A stretch of DNA of 64,000 nucleotides from a virus. The translations under genes were made by a program, and so were the position numbers. The stretch lies in IMG/VR virus record IMGVR_UViG_3300030107_004520, positions 4,092-68,091 of that record. The stretch is one strand, 5' to 3'. The notes beneath the pieces were generated by a model. That model had not been told where the DNA came from. It searched no databases and worked only from the letters and a program-made list of their open reading frames with translations. Positions 57,619-64,000 of this stretch are shown here, piece by piece (positions within the stretch are counted from its first letter, which is position 1; each line of letters opens with the position of its first letter).

Positions 57619-58003
57619 TGAAAGAATTAAATAAAGAAGATAGATTTCTAATAATAGAAGCGATAAACGAGTTAGTAGAAATAATTTCCGAGTGGGAAGA
57701 TAATGAAGAATGGATTAAAGAATTAAACGATTTATTAAAAAGATTATGAGATTATTTAAGAAAAGATTAAGTCAAAATGACAAATTATTAAAAAATATAG
57801 AAAAATATGAGCAAAAAGAGAAAATTAAACAGCAAGAATCCAAAATATATGGACAAAAGCCAGTTAAAAGAGCAAAAAGTTAAAGAAAAAAGATTAATAT
57901 CTAACGTAGATGGAGTAAAAATATACGCTACCTTCTACGAAGATGACACAAAATAAATACGAATGTATTTAGATAATATAAATGTAATAAAAAATGTAAT
58001 AAA

Positions 58004-58357
58004 ATGAGTGATTCAAAAGAACTGTTAGAGGCTACAGTAAAAGGTCTCCAAGAAAAAGTAGATAGTCTTACTAAAGATTTAGCTGCTAAAAAAAATGAGT
58101 TAGAAGATATAAATAAACCTAAAATGTCTAAATTTATATACGAAGAAATAGAAGATAGTGTTTATAATAACATGATGGATGCTTTAGATCGTCTAAGTGA
58201 AAGTGACTATGACATTGAACTAGAACTAAGCGGTCTTGAACTTAGTGTATATCAGTTAGATTTTCATGATACTACTAGTATATCAGAGTATATTATGGAT
58301 GCTATTAATGATAAATTCAACGTTGTAGAAGACGAAACTACTACTGACAATAGCTAG
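58004..58357 (+). CDS. Acidic coiled-coil early protein
   Basis: Follows promoter copy 7. Confidence 0.65.
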   Translation: MSDSKELLEATVKGLQEKVDSLTKDLAAKKNELEDINKPKMSKFIYEEIEDSVYNNMMDALDRLSESDYDIELELSGLELSVYQLDFHDTTSISEYIMDAINDKFNVVEDETTTDNS

Positions 58358-58447
58358 TTAAATAAGTGTATAAATGTAGATTATATACAAAAAATGAGTT
58401 ATTCTGAAGAATAATGGAAAAATAGGTATAATAATCTCTAAATACAC

Positions 58448-58580
58448 GCGAGGTGAGGGTGGTAACGTAATATGCTGTGATCTCTATGAGACAGCCAGTA
58501 ATTACAAACGGCAGGATAAAGCGAGTTCCGAAACTCGGCTCACCGAAACCCGGAGAAGAACCACACCTGTCCCACCTCGT
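58448..58580 (+). ncRNA. GC-rich multi-stem structured RNA immediately 5' of tRNA-Asp
   Basis: GCGAGGTG/CACCTCGT, AGGGTGGT/ACCAC(A)CCT, GTAAT/ATTAC, GCTG/CAGC, TCTC/GAGA, GAGTT/AACTC. Confidence 0.6.
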
Positions 58581-58584
58581 TTAT

Positions 58585-58658
58585 GGTCTGGTAGTTCAGT
58601 TGGTTAGAATCCCCGCCTGTCACGCGGGAGGTCGCGAGTTCGAGTCTCGTCCAGACCG
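58585..58658 (+). tRNA. tRNA-Asp (GTC)
   Basis: Acceptor GGTCTGG/CCAGACC with discriminator G, D arm, anticodon arm CCCGC-CTGTCAC-GCGGG, T loop TTCGAGT; CCA not encoded. Confidence 0.95.
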
Positions 58659-58673
58659 CTAAAATTAAATAAT

Positions 58674-58928
58674 ATGACAGCAACACAAATAACAAATTAC
58701 TTAAAAAATGAATATGGAGAGTGTAGACACGACGCTTACGCTCTAGCAGAAGCTATAAATCAAACTCGTGAAGATATGGACTACGAAGATGAGTGGGATT
58801 TATTTCATTTACTAGTAGAAAACAAACCAATTAATAGCCTAATGACACATAGTTATGGGTTTCACACAGCTAATGGTAGGGGAATTATAGAGAGAATAAA
58901 GAGCTACTATTACGAAAACATTAAATAA
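58674..58928 (+). CDS. Hypothetical protein
   Basis: ORF with an A-rich start context. Confidence 0.6.
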   Translation: MTATQITNYLKNEYGECRHDAYALAEAINQTREDMDYEDEWDLFHLLVENKPINSLMTHSYGFHTANGRGIIERIKSYYYENIK

Positions 58929-58929
58929 T

Positions 58930-59145
58930 ATGATAAAAGAAATAAATATGAGAAAATTACCGAAATACAAAGAAAATCTACGTATAATAAACGGTAAAGA
59001 TGTATACTCTTATTCAACTAGAGTTGCACAGATAAAAGATAATGAACTACATGTATATGGTTGGTGGAGTCCAACTACGTCTAAACATATAAATTATGTA
59101 GCGGATTATTATAACTTAAATAGAGTAAATAAATATGATGCATAA
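58930..59145 (+). CDS. Conserved small phage protein
   Basis: YSYSTRVA...WSPTTSKHIN motif. Confidence 0.6.
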   Translation: MIKEINMRKLPKYKENLRIINGKDVYSYSTRVAQIKDNELHVYGWWSPTTSKHINYVADYYNLNRVNKYDA

Positions 59146-59185
59146 ATATACAAACTAAATACGAATAAAGAAAGATAATATAAAT

Positions 59186-59443
59186 ATGACAAAAAAACAA
59201 CAATTACCAGATTGGTTTGAGGGTGATATCTACGATAAAGGAGGTATTGCTACAAATCAATTTTCTGGACAATCAATAAAATTAAATAGATATGAACTGA
59301 GTATGTATGATTTTTTACTCGGTGCACAAATTGTATTAAGTTACGGTGGTACACTGAAAGATAAAACTATAAAAGAAGTTCAAAAAGGAACCGATTGGTT
59401 TTTAAAGAATAACCCTGAGGCTTACATGATTTTATTAGACTAA
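59186..59443 (+). CDS. Hypothetical protein
   Basis: Follows promoter copy 8; ends NPEAYMILLD. Confidence 0.65.
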   Translation: MTKKQQLPDWFEGDIYDKGGIATNQFSGQSIKLNRYELSMYDFLLGAQIVLSYGGTLKDKTIKEVQKGTDWFLKNNPEAYMILLD

Positions 59444-59530
59444 TGGTTGTTGTTTTAATAGTAATCTGGGTGTGTATGTTTGTATATATGTTTATAGAAT
59501 GTAGTATACCCACAAAATTTAAAGAATAAT

Positions 59531-59902
59531 ATGAGTACAAGAGCACAAGTTAGATTCGCAACACGCGAAGAAGGAGTAACGTTTAGTGAAATGACGGATA
59601 AATTTCACGCACAATTTTATAAACACCACGATGGTTATCCAGAAGGATTAGGTGTAGATTTAGCTACAACATTATTAGATAGTGGTAGTTGGAACGGAGT
59701 ACCACTAGAAATAGATAGCTTAGACACAAGGAGAGGTGACACAGAATATATGTATTATATTTGGCAGGCACCATTAAAAACTACATGGATAAGTGTATTT
59801 CAACTAAATAGATGGTCAGATAAAGAAGTTGAATGTATATTTGTAGGCGAACCGCAAAAATTATTAGATAAATACAAACAAAATACGAATTATGACAGAT
59901 AA
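59531..59902 (+). CDS. Conserved phage protein
   Basis: MSTRA...YKHHDGYPEGLG...EYMY. Confidence 0.65.
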   Translation: MSTRAQVRFATREEGVTFSEMTDKFHAQFYKHHDGYPEGLGVDLATTLLDSGSWNGVPLEIDSLDTRRGDTEYMYYIWQAPLKTTWISVFQLNRWSDKEVECIFVGEPQKLLDKYKQNTNYDR

Positions 59903-60266
59903 TAAAAGAGTAACAAACAAACAAATAATAGAAGAATTAGAAAGCTTTAGAAAAGCCTTATCAAAAACTGCTGTAGATTTCAAACTACAAGATGAAGATT
60001 TAAATTCATTAGCTACTAAAGTTGTTAGTAGAATGATGAAATTAAAGTCAATGGAAGACTGGTATAAACACGTATACAACTCTGAAATGGCTAACAATGA
60101 TGAGGATTTAGTTTTAACTGAAGAAGAAGATGCTCTAGGTGAAGCAGCTAGACTGATGACACTAATGAACCTTTTTCAAGAAGATGAAAAGTATGAAAAA
60201 TGTGCTATTATAAAACGTAAAATGGATAGAGTAAACAAGATATTAAGAAAAAATAATAAGAAATGA
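59892..60266 (+). CDS. Hypothetical protein with UVR-like C-terminal helix
   Basis: EKYEKCAIIKR; promoter copy 9 overlaps the annotated start, so the start is uncertain. Confidence 0.55.
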   Translation: MTDNKRVTNKQIIEELESFRKALSKTAVDFKLQDEDLNSLATKVVSRMMKLKSMEDWYKHVYNSEMANNDEDLVLTEEEDALGEAARLMTLMNLFQEDEKYEKCAIIKRKMDRVNKILRKNNKK

Positions 60267-61096
60267 GAAGAAAACCAATGTTAGCTTACCCGGTAAGCGA
60301 TAAACCAATTGAATACAACAAAGTGTCTATGCAACCAAAATTAGATGGTGTTAGATGTTTAATACAGCTAGAGGACAGCGTTATAACCGCTTATTCCCGT
60401 ACGGGTAAGAAGTGGAAAAATATAGCCCATATACTTATGGATTTAGTTCCTTTCTTTGAAAAACATCCTGACGTTATACTTGATGGTGAGTTATATAATC
60501 ACGATTTAAAAGACAATTTTGAAAAAATCATATCGTTGGTCAGAAAAACAAAACCGACGTACGAGGATCGTCTAGAATCATCCGAAATGACACAATTTCA
60601 TTGTTATGATATTGTTGATGAAACATTAACATTTGAAGAGCGCAATTATTTTATCCAAAAACATGTTGAGCTTAGTTATTGCGTTAAGCATGTGACTACA
60701 ATGGCTGTAGGTAGCGATAAATTAGCTAAAATGATACATAAACAAAACTTAAAGAACGGATATGAAGGTTCTATATTACGTACTAACGATGTGTATAAAT
60801 GTGGTAGATCTTGGTCACTACGTAAATTCAAAGACTTCCAAGATGATGAAGCGTTATTATGTGACTGGGTTGAAGGTAAAGGTAAGCGCGTAGGTACCAT
60901 TGGTAAGTTCATGGCTGTAGATAAACACGGTGTAGTATTTGGTATGCCAGTTATGGATAAATTTAAATACTTACAGGAGAATTTTGAAGAGATGAAAACG
61001 TGGGTTGGTAAACCAGCAACGTTCACGTATTTTGAGAAAACTAAAGCGGGTAGTTACAGACACCCGTTATTTAAAGCAATTAGAAATTATGAATAA
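60263..61096 (+). CDS. ATP-dependent DNA ligase
   Basis: PMLA, QPKLDGVRC, LDGELY, GYEGSILR, C-terminal YRHP. Confidence 0.9.
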   Translation: MRRKPMLAYPVSDKPIEYNKVSMQPKLDGVRCLIQLEDSVITAYSRTGKKWKNIAHILMDLVPFFEKHPDVILDGELYNHDLKDNFEKIISLVRKTKPTYEDRLESSEMTQFHCYDIVDETLTFEERNYFIQKHVELSYCVKHVTTMAVGSDKLAKMIHKQNLKNGYEGSILRTNDVYKCGRSWSLRKFKDFQDDEALLCDWVEGKGKRVGTIGKFMAVDKHGVVFGMPVMDKFKYLQENFEEMKTWVGKPATFTYFEKTKAGSYRHPLFKAIRNYE

Positions 61097-61288
61097 TTAT
61101 GAATTAGAACAAATAATAGTATTGTTAAAAGAAATAAAACAATTACTAGAAAGTAGGAATCCTTCGTTCCTTAAATACCAAGGACCGACTAAAACCAAGG
61201 CAGCAAACAGACCAAAATATAAATAATGAGTAAAAAATTAAGAAACCGTATAAACCAAAGTGGAATTATATTCCACACGTTAGGGACT

Positions 61289-61332
61289 GTGACAACAGCC
61301 CCTAAATATAAAGAGTAACAGGCTTATGTCAC
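61289..61332. promoter_or_regulatory. Inverted repeat overlapping the start codon of the HTH gene
   Basis: GTGACAACAGCC...GGCTTATGTCAC; ATG 61326 lies in the right arm. Confidence 0.65.
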
Positions 61333-61946
61333 ATAAAAGAAACCTTAAATACCTTAATGATCGACGTGTCGTATACCGTAGAAATCCTATAACAGATATA
61401 CCAACTATTGAAAATGAAGTATATATGTTTTATGAAAATGGTACACATGAATGTTATGAGTTATTCAGAAGTAAAGCAAAAATAACTACATATAGATCGC
61501 TTAAATGGCATTTGTTAGTGTTATGGTATTTGAATCCAAAGCTAGATCAAGATGACTTTATGCAAATAGCAGAAGTTATCGCCAACAAAGAACATGGGTT
61601 TATATCATTCAATATACATGCTGAATTGCTGCGTAAAATAGTATACGAAGTTAGCATGTGTGACTTAGATGAACCACCTAAGAATAAGATTAGGAAAGTC
61701 ATATTTAAGTATGGTAATGGACTGTGTAAAGAAGAGAAACTAAGAGTTGTAGGCGAACTAATAGGTAGAAGTAAGAAGTTTCATGGTGGAGATATCTACG
61801 ATATCATGTTAATGTTAAATCATGGTGGTTGGAAGATTACGATGGAAAGACTAGCTAGAGGATTAAATTGTTCTACCAGAACAGTGCACAGAAATATGAC
61901 AGAAGAATTAAAGCGAGAAAAAGAATTATTAAACCAACAATTATGA
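61326..61946 (+). CDS. Protein with C-terminal HTH (possible replication initiator/regulator)
   Basis: KITMERLARGLNCSTRTVHRNM. Confidence 0.6.
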   Translation: MSHKRNLKYLNDRRVVYRRNPITDIPTIENEVYMFYENGTHECYELFRSKAKITTYRSLKWHLLVLWYLNPKLDQDDFMQIAEVIANKEHGFISFNIHAELLRKIVYEVSMCDLDEPPKNKIRKVIFKYGNGLCKEEKLRVVGELIGRSKKFHGGDIYDIMLMLNHGGWKITMERLARGLNCSTRTVHRNMTEELKREKELLNQQL

Positions 61947-62302
61947 CTAGAATAAATGTAGGAATACCACCAGCTGAATTAGTTAATCAACATCTAATAG
62001 CTGAACATAGAGAAATAAAACGTATACCAAATTGTATTGCTAAAGGTAAATATAATATGAATGGAATACCTAATAAATTTAAATTAGGTAGTGGACATGT
62101 TAAATTCTTTTATAATAAATTATTATATCTTAAAAATAGATATTTAGATTTATACAATGAATGTAAAAACAGAGGGTTTAACGTACAAAATTATATTAAT
62201 GCATGGGATAATGTTCCTAATGAATTAATGAATGATTATCAACCAACAGATGTTGATAGAGGAATAATAAGAGAAAGAATTAACGAAAAATTAAATAAAT
62301 GA
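61943..62302 (+). CDS. denV: Pyrimidine-dimer DNA glycosylase (T4 endonuclease V-like)
   Basis: MTRIN...HLIAEHREIKRI...FKLGSGHVKFFYNKL.YL..RY; catalytic Thr2 requires the 61943 start. Confidence 0.9.
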   Translation: MTRINVGIPPAELVNQHLIAEHREIKRIPNCIAKGKYNMNGIPNKFKLGSGHVKFFYNKLLYLKNRYLDLYNECKNRGFNVQNYINAWDNVPNELMNDYQPTDVDRGIIRERINEKLNK

Positions 62303-62733
62303 GTAAAAAAATAATGTTTGTAGATATGGATGGCGTAATTGCCAACTTTAAAAAAGCAGCAGATGAAGGCGGGTGGAAACACAGGCCTGACAAATATGTA
62401 GATTACAGAAACTTAGAACTAATGCCAGGTGCTAAAGAAGCTCTTATAAAGTTAAACGAAGACTTTGATATTTACATTGCTTCAACACCACCATGGGATA
62501 GACCAGATATGTGGTCTGCAAAACGTGAATGGCTAGCGGAACATTTCCCTTGGCTTAAACGTAAACTAATACTAACACACAGAAAAGATTTATTAATCGG
62601 TGATATTTTAATTGATGATAGTAGATGGAGAGGACAACCAGACTTCCAAGGAGCATGGATTTGGTTTGGTACAGCACAAAGATGCTTGGATTGGCCATCA
62701 ACATTAAAGTTGATCTATAAAAACCATATGTAA
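62299..62733 (+). CDS. 5'(3')-deoxyribonucleotidase (HAD, NT5C family)
   Basis: VDMDGVIANF...KREWL..HF...KDLLIGDILIDD. Confidence 0.85.
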   Translation: MSKKIMFVDMDGVIANFKKAADEGGWKHRPDKYVDYRNLELMPGAKEALIKLNEDFDIYIASTPPWDRPDMWSAKREWLAEHFPWLKRKLILTHRKDLLIGDILIDDSRWRGQPDFQGAWIWFGTAQRCLDWPSTLKLIYKNHM

Positions 62734-63491
62734 TGAAAAAATATAATGTACAAAATTATGTTAGATGGAAAAAAGAAGTAGAAAAACTAACAAAGAAACT
62801 AGAAGGAAAAGAATGGCACGAATGCACAAGAGATGAATTGATAGGTAAGTTCTTGCCACTAGTAGAGAATTTAGCAAGAAAATTCTCAACAACACAACAA
62901 GCTAGTGGAGTAATGAGTATAAACGATTTGATACAAGAAGGTTCTAAGGGATTAACTAGAGCTGTTGATAGACTAGACAAATCAACTTTAGAAAAATCTG
63001 ATGATCAAGAAAAAACCCTCAAATCATTTTTATCTAAAAGAATTAAGGGAGCCATTAGAAGAGGAATAAATATAAATAGAGGAAGTATAAGAATACCAGA
63101 ACATAAACTTAACGAAATACAGAGAACATTTGGTAAAGATAAGAAAGCTGTGGCTCTATTTTTTAACTCTATATTTTTAAGTATTGATGAAGGTCCTAGA
63201 AATGAGGATAATATGGTTTATCAAATACCAGACGAAACAGAACCTTACAATATGACGTTATTAAATATATACTTAAATAGTTTATTAAAACTACATCTTA
63301 ACGATAAAGAGTATCAAGTACTTAGACTAAGCTATGGGTTGGATTGTGACAAACATTCAGCTACAGATATAGCTAAAAAAATAGGGATTGAAGGTACTAG
63401 TTCTTATGTAAGAGTTTCACAATTAAAAAAACAAGCGGTAGATAAACTTATAGAGAACGTAGACCACTCGCAAGTGCTTGATTTCCTGTAG
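62733..63491 (+). CDS. Phage-encoded sigma70-family RNA polymerase sigma factor
   Basis: Region 2 (LVENLARKF...DLIQEG..GL..AVDR...IRIP) and region 4 (EYQVLRLSYGL...IAKKIG...RVSQLKKQA). Confidence 0.85.
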   Translation: MKKYNVQNYVRWKKEVEKLTKKLEGKEWHECTRDELIGKFLPLVENLARKFSTTQQASGVMSINDLIQEGSKGLTRAVDRLDKSTLEKSDDQEKTLKSFLSKRIKGAIRRGININRGSIRIPEHKLNEIQRTFGKDKKAVALFFNSIFLSIDEGPRNEDNMVYQIPDETEPYNMTLLNIYLNSLLKLHLNDKEYQVLRLSYGLDCDKHSATDIAKKIGIEGTSSYVRVSQLKKQAVDKLIENVDHSQVLDFL

Positions 63492-63509
63492 GTTAAGTGA
63501 AGTGATAAA

Positions 63510-63541
63510 TGTAAAAGTGAATAAAAACGTGTAATTATATA
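63510..63541 (+). promoter_or_regulatory. Candidate middle/late promoter
   Basis: TGTAAAA-N13-TGTAATTATATA, 21 nt before the ERF-like ATG. Confidence 0.55.
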
Positions 63542-63562
63542 TATGTACCAAATACCAAAATT

Positions 63563-64000
63563 ATGAAAGAATTAAACCAAAAATTAGCAATCATACAGAC
63601 TAAGCTAAAGACCAAAAAGACTAGCTATAATGCTTTCGGTAAATACTACTTCCGTAAAGCTGAGGATATCCTCGAGGCAGTTAAACCGTTTTTATTGGAA
63701 CACGATGTATCAGTAACAATTGATGAAGATATTATAGCTACAGATCCAGTTCCAATGCTACAATCAACAGCCATCATTTCCGATGGAGAAAATCAAATAA
63801 AAACAACAGCGATAGTGGGTGTAGACCTTAATCAAAAAGGTATGCAAACCGCACAACAATTCGGAGCGGCTTCGTCTTACGGGAAGAAGTATGCTTTAGG
63901 TAACCTATTCTTAATTGATGACACAAAAGACAGTGATGCTACTAATGATCACGGTAAAAAATCTAATGTAGTTAAAAAAATTAAGCAAGCAGCAAAGCCT
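63563..64000 (+). CDS. ERF-family ssDNA-annealing protein (runs off the window end)
   Basis: MKELNQKLAIIQ...NAFGKYYFRKAEDILEAVKP...AQQFGAASSYGKKYALGNLFLIDD..D.D. Confidence 0.8.
   Translation, partial: MKELNQKLAIIQTKLKTKKTSYNAFGKYYFRKAEDILEAVKPFLLEHDVSVTIDEDIIATDPVPMLQSTAIISDGENQIKTTAIVGVDLNQKGMQTAQQFGAASSYGKKYALGNLFLIDDTKDSDATNDHGKKSNVVKKIKQAAKP

Larger units (their letters stand above)
53924..59903 (+). promoter_or_regulatory. Nine dispersed copies of an early promoter-like motif (TAAA)TACGA-N8-AGATAAT
   Basis: Copies at 53924, 54153, 54519, 54675, 55401, 56588, 57954, 59156 and 59881; invariant 8-nt spacer; all + strand; mostly intergenic. Confidence 0.85.

Noticed and set aside
58500-58580. 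5S rRNA or SRP RNA resemblance (CCGAAACTCGG, CACCTGTCCC)
   Set aside because: The motifs are in the wrong order for 5S and the SRP domain IV consensus is absent; kept as an unknown ncRNA
58477-58662. 61-aa ORF in the track
   Set aside because: It overlaps tRNA-Asp and the structured RNA; probably spurious
53924-59903. CRISPR-like array from the repeated early motif
   Set aside because: Copies are irregularly spaced hundreds to over a thousand bp apart, have variable cores and precede ORFs; no cas genes
1-64000. Stop-codon reassignment or prophage status
   Set aside because: The standard code gives dense full-length genes, the only tRNA is Asp, and no integrase, att site or host flank is visible in this window

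Overview
The window is most of the genome of an AT-rich tailed dsDNA phage, most likely a podovirus of marine Bacteroidota/Flavobacteriia. The host call rests on a T9SS C-terminal domain, an Hc1-like protein and A-rich translation starts without Shine-Dalgarno sequences; the gene set recalls Cellulophaga phi38:1-like phages. There are three blocks. (1) 1-4150 (+): nucleotide metabolism (MazG-like, endonuclease I-like, class II RNR) plus envelope genes. (2) About 4190-53650 (-): a late/virion block with GroEL/GroES, holin, terminase, portal, scaffold, major capsid, tail proteins, a 3710-aa polyvalent protein, a T9SS-cargo module and an M15 endolysin. (3) About 53950-64000 (+): an early region of many small ORFs, tRNA-Asp, ligase, DenV, 5'-nucleotidase, a sigma factor and an ERF-like recombinase. 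The most novel signals are non-coding or sub-genic: two diverged copies of the same covarying three-way-junction RNA (54057-54139, 55008-55100); a tRNA 'top-half' mimic; a third structured RNA abutting tRNA-Asp; nine copies of a non-host early promoter-like motif (TACGA-N8-AGATAAT); a second promoter class (GTAAA-N14-TGTAAYYATA); a shared N-terminal FKMK...SP[MF] tag on 7-8 small late proteins; and a kinase-inside-phosphatase cassette bounded by direct repeats in the giant protein. All calls come from reading motifs by eye; no database searches were run.
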